A stretch of 64,000 bases of DNA from an uncultured Actinomycetota bacterium (GCA_963829525.1 CAWHIJ010000003.1:2016001-2080000); one strand, 5' to 3'. Positions 29,530 to 39,928 are shown, counted from the first letter of the stretch. The notes: a model not told the origin generated them from the letters alone. Program-made: numbers and translations.

Positions 29530-30407
29530 CTGTGACCTGCTCGGCCACTCGAGCTCAGACGAACGAGTCGCTCACCGGCACTGCCCCGCACGCCAGCCTC
29601 TGGGTGCTGCTCGAGCAACCTGGGCCGTGGGGGCGTGATGCGCTGACCGAGAGTCACTTGCCCGCGGACGTTGGACGCACATTAGCCACGTTGGCCGAGG
29701 CGGGTTCCGTGCGCGTCGGATTGATTCGCTCGGTGGGTGCCCATGCCGACATCAGGAGCGGTTCCCGCACCCTCTTGCTCTCCCGCACCGATGAAGGTGC
29801 CTCATGGCTAGCAGCTCGCACCGTCATCGACGTCGACTCACTCCCCGCTCTGCTCGAGGTCGACGCGCTGTTGGAGGCAGAGACGGTCCCGACCCACCTC
29901 CCAGGCGTGCCGCTGCCGGCGCCGACCAATGCGCTGTTGGTCTGCACCAATGCCAAGCGCGACCAGTGCTGTGCCGTGCTAGGGCGGCCGCTGGCGGCAG
30001 CGATGGTGACCGCGAGCGGTTCGGGTACACAGGTATGGGAGACCTCACATACCGGCGGTCACCGTTTCGCCCCTACGTTCGTCTCACTGCCCGACGGCTT
30101 CCTCTTCGGCGGACCGGATGCCGCCTCGCGCAGCCTCGACGCCTGCCGGGGTCGATCGTCACTGCTACCAGCTGGGCAAGCCGCCGAGCTCGCTGTGTTA
30201 GGCCGCCTCGGGGCTCACACGCCGCGGCCCCTCGACGTCCACCCTGTCGAAGGAGGTCGTTGGCGGGTCACCGAAGACGGCCAGAGCTTTCTTGTGGACG
30301 TTGTGCAACGCGCTGGAGCGGACCGACCCGAGTCATGCGGCAAAGCCGCGGTCCCCTCCCACTCCTGGAAGGTGACCCTCGTCGAGTCATCAGCCGGCAA
30401 CGTGTGA
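29526..30407 (+). CDS. sucrase/ferredoxin-like protein
   Basis: LEQPGPWG, VCTNAKRDQCCA..G, WETSHTGGHRFAP, ESCGK. Confidence 0.88.
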   Translation: MTVTCSATRAQTNESLTGTAPHASLWVLLEQPGPWGRDALTESHLPADVGRTLATLAEAGSVRVGLIRSVGAHADIRSGSRTLLLSRTDEGASWLAARTVIDVDSLPALLEVDALLEAETVPTHLPGVPLPAPTNALLVCTNAKRDQCCAVLGRPLAAAMVTASGSGTQVWETSHTGGHRFAPTFVSLPDGFLFGGPDAASRSLDACRGRSSLLPAGQAAELAVLGRLGAHTPRPLDVHPVEGGRWRVTEDGQSFLVDVVQRAGADRPESCGKAAVPSHSWKVTLVESSAGNV

Positions 30408-30501
30408 CAGGCACTCTGTTGCGCAGCACTAGACCGATACTGCGTCAGCATGTCGCGGCGTTGGTTAGTTACGATATCGATCCACCGACGAAGGGAAGCC
30501 G

Positions 30502-30975
30502 ATGCCCAAGAACACCATCTGTCTCTGGTTCGACGGTGACGCCGAAGCAGCTGCACGCTTCTACGCTGCGACCTTCCCCGACAGCCGGGTAACGGCCGTC
30601 CACCAAGCCCCTGCCGACTACCCGTCCGGAAGCGCTGGAGACACACTGACAGTGGAGTTCACGGTCGCCGGCATCCCCTGTCTGGGCTTGAACGGCGGCC
30701 CCGGGTTCCCGCAGACCCAAGCCTTCTCGTTCCAGATCGCCACCGAGGACCAGGACGAGACCGACCGCTACTGGGACGCCATCATCGACAACGGCGGGCA
30801 GGAGAGCGCCTGCGGCTGGTGCACCGATCGCTGGGGCCTCTCATGGCAGATCACGCCACGCGTGCTGACCGATGCCATGGCCGCAGGCGGCGATGAGGCT
30901 CGGCGCGCCTTCGGGGCCATGCTGACGATGAAGAAGATCGACGTCGCGGCGATCGAGGCGGCCCGTCGCGGTTGA
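30502..30975 (+). CDS. VOC/PhnB-family protein (3-demethylubiquinone-9 3-methyltransferase-like)
   Basis: ICLWFD..AEAAA.FY, LNGGP, CGWC.DRWGLSWQI, MKKID. Confidence 0.92.
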   Translation: MPKNTICLWFDGDAEAAARFYAATFPDSRVTAVHQAPADYPSGSAGDTLTVEFTVAGIPCLGLNGGPGFPQTQAFSFQIATEDQDETDRYWDAIIDNGGQESACGWCTDRWGLSWQITPRVLTDAMAAGGDEARRAFGAMLTMKKIDVAAIEAARRG

Positions 30976-31026
30976 CGCTCACGCCAGCCGGCCATCCGCT
31001 TGCATGTCCTGACCACTAGGGGGCTC

Positions 31027-31635
31027 ATGGTGTCGGACACCACCTGCCACATGTCGATCTCACTGGACGGCTTCGTCGCTGGTCCGGACCAGAGCCGGGA
31101 GGAGCCCCTGGGGAAGCGGGGGCGGGAGCTGCACACGTGGCACATCGGCGACCCGCGGGCCAACGAGGCTGACAGGGTCGCGACCGAGTGGCTCATGCGC
31201 CCCCGGGGTGCGTATGTGATGGGGCGGAACATGTTCGGCCCCATTCGCGGGGACTGGGACGAGGACTGGACTGGCTGGTGGGGTCCCGAACCGCCGTATC
31301 ACGCGCCGGTTTTCGTGCTGACCCATTACCGCCATGACTCGATCCAGATGGACGGGGGGACGACGTTCCACTTCGTCACCGAGGGTTTCGACGCGGCCTA
31401 CTCCGCAGCCCGTGAGGCTGCCGGTCGGCAACGGGGTAGACATCGCCGGTGGGGCCTCGACCGTTCGACAGGCGTTGACTGCCGGCGTGTCGACGAGCTC
31501 ACCCTCGACATCGCGCCGGTCCTGCTCGGTTCGGGCGAGCGCATCTTCGACGGGGTTGAGTCCTTCGGCTTCGAGCCCGCCGAGGTGCTTCACTCACCGC
31601 TGAGCACCCACATCCGGTACCGCCGCGTCGACTGA
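31027..31635 (+). CDS. dihydrofolate reductase/RibD C-terminal family protein, with two compensating frameshifts (about 31425 and 31490)
   Basis: SISLDGFVAG, MGRNMF, PVFVLTH, DEL.L.IAPVLLGSG. The conserved VDIAGGASTVRQAL segment reads only in the +1 frame. Confidence 0.85.
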   Translation: MVSDTTCHMSISLDGFVAGPDQSREEPLGKRGRELHTWHIGDPRANEADRVATEWLMRPRGAYVMGRNMFGPIRGDWDEDWTGWWGPEPPYHAPVFVLTHYRHDSIQMDGGTTFHFVTEGFDAAYSAAREAAGRQRGRHRRWGLDRSTGVDCRRVDELTLDIAPVLLGSGERIFDGVESFGFEPAEVLHSPLSTHIRYRRVD

Positions 31636-31637
31636 AG

Positions 31638-32054
31638 GTGGCGGTGAGTGACGTGTTAGATGAGGGTCCGTTCTTCCACGGGACGAAAGCCGATCTGCGG
31701 GTGGGTGATCTCCTCACGGCAGGCTTCTGGTCCAACTACCGGCCCGATGTCTTGATGAACCACATCTACTTCACTGCAGTGATCGACGGTGCTGGGCTCG
31801 CTGCTGAGCTCGCGGCAGGTGAGGCTGCCCCGCGCGTCTACACCGTCGAGCCAACTGGGGCGTTCGAGGACGACCCGAACGTGACCGACAAGAAGTTCCC
31901 CGGAAATCCAACCCGGTCCTATCGCAGCAGAGAGCCTGTCAGAATCGTCGGTGAGGTGACCGAGTGGACGCGGCTAACCCCGGAGGCGCTCCAGGCATGG
32001 CGCGACCGGGTGACTGCGATCCTCGAAGATGAGCACGGCGAAATCATCAACTAG
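31638..32054 (+). CDS. arr: NAD+-rifampin ADP-ribosyltransferase
   Basis: GPFFHGTKADL..GDLL, SNY, HIYFT, VEPTG.FEDDPNVTDKKFPGNPTRSYRS, the Arr signature with H-Y-D catalytic residues. Confidence 0.95.
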   Translation: MAVSDVLDEGPFFHGTKADLRVGDLLTAGFWSNYRPDVLMNHIYFTAVIDGAGLAAELAAGEAAPRVYTVEPTGAFEDDPNVTDKKFPGNPTRSYRSREPVRIVGEVTEWTRLTPEALQAWRDRVTAILEDEHGEIIN

Positions 32055-32154
32055 CGACGTGGTTGGGCGCGAAGACCTCTGACCAACCGATCTTGGCACT
32101 TTGACAGAGGGAGCCGCCCCACCCACGGTCCGAGCCTGGGGCAGGATGGGGGCC

Positions 32155-32721
32155 ATGGCTCTCACGTCGTCCCTCGTACCGCTCGGCACTCCCGCTCCTG
32201 ACTTCACGCTGCCTGACGTGGCGGCCACTTCGCACTCACTCAGTGACTTCACCACGCCGGTGCTGGTGGTGGCATTCGTCTGCAACCACTGCCCGTACGT
32301 CAAGCACATCGAGCTGGCGCTCGGACGGATCAAGGCGACCGACCAGGTCGCCATCGTCGCGATCAGCAGCAACGACATCGAGCGCTACCCCGACGATGCT
32401 CCCCCGCAACTTGCCGATCAGGCCGAACGTGCCAACTGGACCTTCCCGTATCTAGTCGATACCGACCAGACGGTGGCGAGGGCCTACGGAGCCGTCTGCA
32501 CTCCGGACTTCTTCGTCTACGGACCCGACCGCGCGCTGGCCTATCGGGGCGCCTTCGATGCGTCGACACCTGGCAACGGCGAGCCTGTCACCGGTGCCGA
32601 CCTGACCAGCGCCATCGCACTGGTTGCAGCAGGACAACAGGTTCCCGAGCCGCACCGCCCGAGCATGGGCTGCGGTATCAAGTGGCTGCCCGGCAACGAG
32701 GAGGCGGGAGTGAACCGATGA
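32155..32721 (+). CDS. thioredoxin-like (AhpC/TSA-type) protein
   Basis: APDFTLP, FVCNHCPYV, YGAVCTPDFF, YRG.FD, SMGCGIKW. Confidence 0.9.
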   Translation: MALTSSLVPLGTPAPDFTLPDVAATSHSLSDFTTPVLVVAFVCNHCPYVKHIELALGRIKATDQVAIVAISSNDIERYPDDAPPQLADQAERANWTFPYLVDTDQTVARAYGAVCTPDFFVYGPDRALAYRGAFDASTPGNGEPVTGADLTSAIALVAAGQQVPEPHRPSMGCGIKWLPGNEEAGVNR

Positions 32722-33239
32722 TTCTCGGTGGAGCATTCGACGACGTTCTCGCGGCCAACGCGGAGTTCTCAGCGCACTTTGAGAACTCAGGTTTGCCTGC
32801 CAGGGCCGCGAAGGGCTTGGCCGTGCTCACCTGCATGGACTCTCGGATCAACCCGTTCGACATTCTCGGGATCGGCCCCGGCGACGCCAAGGTGCTGCGT
32901 AATGCCGGGGGCCGAGTGACCGAGGACGTACTCCGCACTCTGGTGCTCGGCGCCTACCTGCTCGACGTCACCCGGGTCCTGGTGATGCCGCACACCCACT
33001 GTCGGATGGCCGAGTCGACCGAGAATGACATCCACGCCCTGATTGGCGCCGAGTTCGGCGTGGACACCCGGAGCCTGGAGTTCCGCACCACCGACGACCA
33101 GGTGGCATCCCTGCGTCATGACCTCGTGCGCATCCACGCCTACCCGCTGCTCCCGAGGGGACTACAGATCGGTGGGGCGGTCTTCGATGTCGACACGGGC
33201 AGCCTGCATCCAGTGCCGCTCGACACGTCCTACGACTAG
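32718..33239 (+). CDS. beta-class carbonic anhydrase
   Basis: TCMDSRI, RNAGG, HTHC zinc ligands. ATGA overlap with the upstream gene. Confidence 0.92.
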   Translation: MILGGAFDDVLAANAEFSAHFENSGLPARAAKGLAVLTCMDSRINPFDILGIGPGDAKVLRNAGGRVTEDVLRTLVLGAYLLDVTRVLVMPHTHCRMAESTENDIHALIGAEFGVDTRSLEFRTTDDQVASLRHDLVRIHAYPLLPRGLQIGGAVFDVDTGSLHPVPLDTSYD

Positions 33240-33259
33240 CGGCGCGCGCTCTCTCTGCG

Positions 33260-33529
33260 CTAGTCGCGACGGGAGTAGGCGCCCGACGTGTAGGAGGCGA
33301 TGTCGAGTGCGACGCCGAAGAAGACCAGGAACCATCCGAATCCGGAGACCTCCTGGATCGGCGCCCACGCGATCGCCCAAAAGAGTGCAGTCCAGGGCAA
33401 GAAGATCAGCCCGAGGAGCTTGACCCAGAAACTGTCGATCGACTGGTTCACCTCGTTGGTGAAGATCCAGGCGAAGAGGAACGCAATACGGGGACCGACC
33501 AGGCCCATCAGGGCAACGATGCAGCACAT
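33260..33529 (-). CDS. small membrane hypothetical protein
   Basis: 3 hydrophobic segments, GPR and FLPWT motifs, TAGGGT -10 element 7 nt before ATG. Confidence 0.75.
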   Translation of the reverse strand: MCCIVALMGLVGPRIAFLFAWIFTNEVNQSIDSFWVKLLGLIFLPWTALFWAIAWAPIQEVSGFGWFLVFFGVALDIASYTSGAYSRRD

Positions 33530-33547
33530 GGCCGCGACCCTACCGGC

Positions 33548-35726
33548 TCAGGCGTCGATGCGGGCCCGGTCGAGGTCAGCGGCTCCCTCGATGATGAAGT
33601 CGCGCCGTGGGGCGACCTCATTGCCCATGAGGAGCTCGAAGACACCAGAGCCCTCTTCGGCGTCGGCCAGGGTGATCCGCCGTAGCGTCCGGCGCCGGGG
33701 GTCCATGGTGGTCTCGCGCAGCTGCTCGGCGTCCATCTCGCCGAGCCCCTTGTAACGCTGGATCGGCTGCTTGATCCGCTTGCCCTTCTTCTCCAGGTCG
33801 GCGAGCAGCTTCTTCATTTCGGCATCGGTGTAGGCATAGATGTACTCGTTCTTCTTGCCGCCCCCGGTTACCACCTCGATCCGGTGCAGCGGCGGCACGG
33901 CCGCGTAGACCCGACCGGACGCCAGCATGGGGCGCATGTACCGGTGGAACAGGGTGAGGAGCAACGTGCGGATGTGGGCGCCGTCGACGTCGGCGTCAGT
34001 CATGATGATGACCTTGCCGTAGCGCACGGCGTCGGGGTCGAAGGTGCGCCCTGAGCCAGCGCCCAGCACCTGGATCAGCGATGCGCACTCGCTGTTCTTC
34101 AGCATGTCTGCGACGGACGCCTTCTGGACGTTGAGGATCTTGCCGCGGATGGGCAGCAGCGCCTGGAACTCCGACGACCGCGCCGAGCTTGGCGGTGCCG
34201 AGCGCGCTGTCGCCCTCGACGATGAAGATCTCGGTGCGCTCGACGTCGTCGCTGCGACAGTCGGCCAGCTTGGCCGGCAAAGACGAGGTCTCCAACGCGT
34301 TCTTGCGGCGTTGCAGCTCTTTGGACTGGCGCGCCGCGATCCTCGCGCGGGAAGCGCCTGCCACCTTCTCCAAGACCGCGCGAGCCCGTGTCTTGTCGCC
34401 TCGTTTGGTGGAGGTCAGCAGCTTGGTGAGCTCACGGTGCACCACGTGCGAGACGATCCTGGTCGCAGCCGAGGTACCAAGAACCTCTTTGGTCTGGCCC
34501 TCGAACTGCGGCTCGGCCAGCCGAACACAGACGACTGCGGTAAGACCTTCGAGGACGTCATCCTTGATGACGGGGTCGTCGTTGACCTTGAGCAGCTTCG
34601 CCGCCCGTAGCTGTTCGTTGACCGTGCGGACCAGCCCCCGCTCGAAGCCGGAGATGTGAGTGCCGCCCTTGGGCGTCGCGATGATGTTGACGAAACTGCG
34701 CACCGTGGTGTCGTATCCAGTGCCCCAGCGCAGCGCGATATCGACGGTGAGCTCGCGCTCTACCTCAGTTGGCGACATGTGCCCTTTGGAGTCGAGCACG
34801 GGGACGGTCTCGTGAAAGTGGCCAACGCCGTGCAAGCGGACCACATCGGCGATGGCTTCGTCGTTGCTCAGGAACTCGACGTACTCAGCGATACCCCCGT
34901 CGAAGCGGAAGGACTCTTCGACAACCTCCTCCGCACGCTCGTCGTGCAGGTGGAGGGTGAGCCCGGGCACCAGGAACGCGGTCTGGCGCATGCGCGCCCG
35001 TAACTCGTCAAGGGAGACCTCGGCGTCCCCCAAGAAGATCTCCCGGTCGGCCCAGTAGCGGACGCGGGTGCCGGTCTTCTTCCTGGGCGCCTTGCCCACG
35101 ACGCGCAGCCCCGAACGCTTGACGAAGTCGGCGCCGTTGTCGGGGCCGGCAAACTCGCCAGGAATGCCGCGCCGGAACGACATCGTATGGATCTTTCCGT
35201 CCCGGTCGACCTCGACGTCGAGGCGCGAGGAGAGTGCGTTCACCACCGAGGCGCCGACCCCATGGAGGCCTCCGGACGCGGTGTATGACCCACCCCCGAA
35301 CTTCCCTCCGGCGTGCAGCCTGGTCAGGACCACCTCCACGCCGGTGAGCTTGGTCTTAGGCTCGACATCGACGGGAATGCCACGCCCGTCGTCCTCGACC
35401 TCGACCGACCCGTCCGGCAGCAGTCGTACGTCGATCCGGTGGCCGTGGCCGGCGAGCGCCTCGTCCACAGCGTTGTCGATGATCTCCCAGAGGCAGTGCA
35501 TGAGACCGCGGGAGTCGGTGGAACCGATGTACATGCCGGGGCGCTTGCGGACGGCCTCCAGGCCCTCCAGCACCGAGAGGTGCTTGGCGGTGTAGCCGCC
35601 GCCCCGGCCGGAGCCGGAAGCAGCCCCCTTCGCGGCCGGTTTGCGAGTCGGGGAAGGGGTCGACTTGGCGCCCTGCCCGGCTGCGGGATCTGCTGTGGGA
35701 CTGGCGGAGGCACGGGCTGCTGACAC
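33548..35726 (-). CDS. parE: type IIA topoisomerase subunit B (topoisomerase IV-type), split by a +1 frameshift at about 34184
   Basis: [44 protein letters not shown], then in the other frame [29 protein letters not shown]. Removing one base gives [17 protein letters not shown]. Confidence 0.9.
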
Positions 35727-35986
35727 GCCTCTGAGGCTATCTGGCAGGTCCGACCGGGTGACGTTGGCGCACCGATGGGTGCAGTTCGGTCACAATTGGC
35801 GTGTCGTGACCCAGATCAGCCGATGCTCTGGGTGATGGTGTACGCCAACGGCGAACCTAGCCGCTGGCAGCAGCGGGAAGTGTCGGACTGTGATGTGATG
35901 TTGAACAAGGAGCCGGGATCTTCCCGGCACCGACCCGACGGTCACGTGGCCACGGCCGCGAGGCTCTCAGTGAGGAGTGAGGCGAC

Positions 35987-36187
35987 GTGACAACCACACT
36001 GGCCCCCGACACCACGCTGACCGCTGCCGACCGCTGCGACAAATGCGGCGCGCAGGCATATGTCCGAGTGCGCCTGATCACCGGCGAGCTGCACTTTTGC
36101 GCCCACCACGCCAAGCAGTTCGAACCCAAACTGAAGTCCGTAGCCGTCGAGATCACCGACGAGACCGCTCGCCTTGGTGGCAACTGA
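35987..36187 (+). CDS. small Cys/His zinc-ribbon protein (DUF7455-like)
   Basis: LTAADRCDKCGAQAY...L.FC.HH. GAGGAG/GAGG RBS. Usual position divergent from parE. Confidence 0.85.
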   Translation: MTTTLAPDTTLTAADRCDKCGAQAYVRVRLITGELHFCAHHAKQFEPKLKSVAVEITDETARLGGN

Positions 36188-36337
36188 GCGTCTCGCGCAG
36201 ATCGGTCGCACGCTCGTCGAACCGTCGCGGAAGCGAATGACGACGGGTTGGACGCCTTAGGTCCGAATCCAACCCCCGCGGCTGCGATTCCTCGCCCACC
36301 TCCGGCTCGACTGATCAATCGTTGCGGTCGCCGATGA

Positions 36338-36376
36338 GTCAACAGTGTTGACAACAGCGCTGACACCGCCCAGGAT
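36338..36376 (+). promoter_or_regulatory. sigma70-type leaderless promoter of tetR with overlapping palindromic operator
   Basis: TTGACA (36348-53), 17-nt spacer, CAGGAT (36371-76), 6 nt, GTG. Perfect GTCAACA-G-TGTTGAC at 36338-52 and a degenerate copy GACAACAGCGCTGAC at 36350-64. Confidence 0.8.
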
Positions 36377-36382
36377 GTCTCC

Positions 36383-37066
36383 GTGGCTACCCGAACGGAG
36401 CAACGCGCCGAGCTCTCCCGCGAGCGAATTCTGGACGCCGCGCAGGCGGTGATCGAGCGCGACGGTGACACCGCCTTGACCTTCCGGCGCCTTGGCTCAG
36501 AGCTCGGCGCGGACCCCACCGCCGCCTACCGCTACTTCCGAAGCAAGGACGACCTGTTGCTGGGGCTCGGCGACCGACTGCTCGGCCAAGCGATGGACTC
36601 CGCTAACGCGCAGGCCTCCCCCGGCGACGGATGGCGGGAGAACCTGCTGACCTTGAGCCACTCGCTGCGCAACGCCCTCGTGCGGCACCCCCGTCTGGCC
36701 GTCCTGATCAGCGTCCGCACTACCCAGGGCGAGCAGGAGGCGCGCGGCATTGAGCGGATCCTTGCGACTCTTTCCGCGACAGGCCTGTCGACCCGTGAGG
36801 CGGTTGGTGTTTGGCGCGCACTCGCCGACACCGTCCTGGCCTGGTCGAGTTTCTCGGCGGCCTACGTGGCGCTGCCCGACGAGGCCAAAGCACGTGACGC
36901 AGCCGCCTGGACGACTACCTACCGACAACTTCCGGCTGACAAGTACCCCTACATCCATGCCGCGCGTCCCTATCTGGATGAATACGACGACGCCTTCGAT
37001 TTCGCCATCGGGCTGCTGCTCGACGGTGTGGCCAACCGCATCACCACCCCTCACCAGGAGTCCTGA
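36383..37066 (+). CDS. TetR/AcrR-family regulator (TetR_C-like)
   Basis: LSRERILDAA...LTFRRLGSELGADPTAAYRYFRSKDDLL HTH, C-terminal FDFAIGLLLDG. Confidence 0.93.
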   Translation: MATRTEQRAELSRERILDAAQAVIERDGDTALTFRRLGSELGADPTAAYRYFRSKDDLLLGLGDRLLGQAMDSANAQASPGDGWRENLLTLSHSLRNALVRHPRLAVLISVRTTQGEQEARGIERILATLSATGLSTREAVGVWRALADTVLAWSSFSAAYVALPDEAKARDAAAWTTTYRQLPADKYPYIHAARPYLDEYDDAFDFAIGLLLDGVANRITTPHQES

Positions 37067-37068
37067 AA

Positions 37069-38979
37069 ATGAACACCCTCAACCGTCGCCAGTTCCTCGC
37101 CGGAGCCGGCGCCACCGGAGCCGGCCTCGCCGCCGCGACGATCCCCACCGCAGCCAGTGCATCGATCGGCCACAACAAGGCCAGCCGGATCATCCGGAAC
37201 GCCCGCGTCTTCGTCGGGGACCGGCAGAACACAGTCGCCGAGGCAATTGCCGTTGGGAGAGACGGAACCATCGTCGGCGTCGGCTCGTATCAGCGGCTCA
37301 AGCGCTACGCGAACTCCAAGACCGAAGTCATCGACGGCAATGGCGGGACAGTGATCGCCGGTCTTCAGGACGGTCACTCCCACCCCATGTACGCCGGCTT
37401 GCGCGCGATGAACCCCTCGTTGGAGGACGCCGAGCTCAGCGCAGCAGACATCCAGGCGCTCGTTGCCAACTTCCTGACCGACCCCACCTACGGCAACGAG
37501 CCAGACACCTGGCTGACGGTAGAGGGCTGGAACCCAGCTGGCACCCCCACCGACACCCTCCCTCACAAGGACATCCTCGACTCGCTCAACACCGCTCGAC
37601 CGATCGCGCTCAACGGCTCGGACGGTCACAACCTCTGGGTCAACAGCAAGGCGCTCCAGATCGCTGGCGTCAACGCATCCACCAAGGACCCGTCTGGTGG
37701 CGAGATCGTTCGGGACAACAACGGTGAGCCGACTGGCGTACTGAAGGACGCAGCGCAAGATCTCGTGCGCCAGTACATCCCAGGGGTCACTCCTGAGCAG
37801 ATGTACGACGCGTTTGCCTGGGCATACGCGCAGATGGCGGCCGGTGGAATCACGTCACTCTTCGACGCCTGGGTCGAGCCATGGCAGCTCGGCTTCTACG
37901 CAGCTCTTGCCGAGAACAGCCAGCTGCCACAGCGCATCTACCCGGCGATGATGGTACCGACCAGTGCGGTCTCCGATCCGGACGCCGTTCTCGCCAAGGT
38001 CACGCGGCTCGCTGCGAAGTACGCCGGCGTCCCCAACCTCAACTTCGGCGCCGTCAAGGTCTTCATGGACGGCGTCATCGAGTACCCGGCCCAGACTGCC
38101 GCCCTGCTCGAGCCCTACACCGATGCGAACGGTAACCCCACCGAGAACTACGGCGACCTCTATGTGGACGCTACGACGCTTGGCGCATTCACCACCGTGA
38201 TGGACAAGGCCGGATGGCAGGTCCACACCCACGCCATCGGCGATGGCGCCGTCCGTGCAGCCCTGGATGGCTTCGCCATCGCGAGGGCAGCCAACGGGAT
38301 GTCGAACAGCCGGCACACCATCGCGCACCTCCAGCTGGTGCACCCCGACGACTACGGCCGATTCGCCGAGCTCAACGTCATCCCCGACATGCAGCTGCAG
38401 TGGGCTACCCGCAATGTCTGGACCATGGAGGCGCTGCTGCCGTTCATCGGCGAAGAGCGTCACGCCCGCATGTACCCGGCGAACAGCATGCTCAAGGCCG
38501 GTGCGCCACTGGCCGGTGGAAGTGACTGGCCGGTCGACCCGCTCTACCCATGGAATCAGGTGCAGTCGGCGATCGACCGCGTCGGGCTCTACGGCGAAGG
38601 TGCTCCACTCAACCCCTGGGAAGGCATCAGCCGCACCCAGTCGCTGCGTATGCACACCAGCGGAACGGCCTACCAGCTGCACCAAGAGAAGAGCACCGGC
38701 ACCCTCGAGGTCGGTAAGCAGGCCGATCTGGTGCTGCTCGACATCGACATCGCGACGTGCCCGGTCTCGCAGATCAAGGATGCCGTGCCGCAGCTGACCA
38801 TGCTCGGCGGCGATCTCACCTTTGAGCTTGCCTCGTCCTCCGGTCGCGCCGTGGCGCGGTCCATGGAGTCTGCGGCTGCGGCCAAGAAGATCGTCCAGAA
38901 GGGACAGGGCCGGCTGAGCCACGACCAGCTTCGTGGACGCCACGAGGGTTGCCCCTGCACCGCGGGCGGCGGCCACTAG
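37069..38979 (+). CDS. Tat-exported amidohydrolase_3 (YtcJ-like)
   Basis: NRRQFLAG twin-arginine signal, DGHSH, KVFMDG, HAIGD, HTIAHLQ, GSDWPV, GTLEVGKQADLVLLD. Confidence 0.92.
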   Translation: MNTLNRRQFLAGAGATGAGLAAATIPTAASASIGHNKASRIIRNARVFVGDRQNTVAEAIAVGRDGTIVGVGSYQRLKRYANSKTEVIDGNGGTVIAGLQDGHSHPMYAGLRAMNPSLEDAELSAADIQALVANFLTDPTYGNEPDTWLTVEGWNPAGTPTDTLPHKDILDSLNTARPIALNGSDGHNLWVNSKALQIAGVNASTKDPSGGEIVRDNNGEPTGVLKDAAQDLVRQYIPGVTPEQMYDAFAWAYAQMAAGGITSLFDAWVEPWQLGFYAALAENSQLPQRIYPAMMVPTSAVSDPDAVLAKVTRLAAKYAGVPNLNFGAVKVFMDGVIEYPAQTAALLEPYTDANGNPTENYGDLYVDATTLGAFTTVMDKAGWQVHTHAIGDGAVRAALDGFAIARAANGMSNSRHTIAHLQLVHPDDYGRFAELNVIPDMQLQWATRNVWTMEALLPFIGEERHARMYPANSMLKAGAPLAGGSDWPVDPLYPWNQVQSAIDRVGLYGEGAPLNPWEGISRTQSLRMHTSGTAYQLHQEKSTGTLEVGKQADLVLLDIDIATCPVSQIKDAVPQLTMLGGDLTFELASSSGRAVARSMESAAAAKKIVQKGQGRLSHDQLRGRHEGCPCTAGGGH

Positions 38980-39045
38980 GTCGTTGTCGACCCGTCTACG
39001 ACGTGACCGGTGCTAGCGTCGAGCCCTCAGAAGCTAGGGGGACTG

Positions 39046-39928
39046 ATGAGGCGCCACACCACGGCGGGGCTCTTGTTGTTCACCGCGATTGCTGGCGTCG
39101 GCTGCACTGACTCGACCGAGCCGGCAGCGACCTCGCCCACGAGTAGCGCATTCATCCACAGAACCAGATGGCGGCGATTCCTCACTGAGCCAAGACGGAG
39201 CCCAAGCGGCCCTCAACGACGCCATCGCGGCCGTGGACGAACAAGGCTCGGTCGGCTTCACCTCCCGAGGCGAGAACGTGATCGATGACGAACTCACCAA
39301 GATTTCGGGCTCGGGCGCCTGGACGAAGAAGCCGCTGGCGTGGACGACGACGACCACCCTCGATCGACCGAGGGGCCGCACCTTCGATTCCCCAGGAGAC
39401 GAGACCACCGAACAGATCTACCTGGGCTCGACGCCGGCAGGTCCTTACGTGAACCTCACCTATCCCGACCTACCGAAAAGGTGGCAGCCTATTCCGTGGA
39501 TCCAAGTTCCCGGGTACGGCGTTCGTGAAGGTGTCACAAGAGAGGACATCCGCACGCCACTCGATCTCAGGATGCTCCTTCAGACCGAAGCTTCCACCGG
39601 CTCCGCCCTCGGCGACACCTTGACGATCAGCGGAACCATTCCAACCTCGTCGGCGCTCGACGTGCTTGACCTGACCAGCCATCTCGGCGGCCTCGGTTTC
39701 GCGAACCGCTTCGAGGACAGCACCACTCGAGTTCTGGTCACCATCGGAGCCGACGGTCTGCCACAGACGCTGGAGTTCGCTGGAACCAACATCAGCCTGC
39801 CAGGGGTCGGTCTGCCCGACTACGTGGCCGAGGAACTGGCGGGCGCCCGCTACTTCGTCGAGTACGGGGATGCGAAGTTGAACGGCCCCATCAAGGTGCC
39901 GGCCAAAGTCCCCGACGTCACACCCTAG
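39046..39928 (+). CDS. putative lipoprotein (LppX/LprAFG-like), split by a +1 frameshift at about 39151
   Basis: Signal and lipobox-like MRRHTTAGLLLFTAIAGVG|C in one frame, body (SSTEPDGGD...IGADGLP...PIKVP) in the next. Deleting one T from GCATTCATCC joins them. Confidence 0.7.

Noticed and set aside
33548-35726. Programmed ribosomal frameshifting or a naturally split parE
   Set aside because: No slippery sequence or stimulatory structure, no RBS for the second half, and nearby genes show similar indels.
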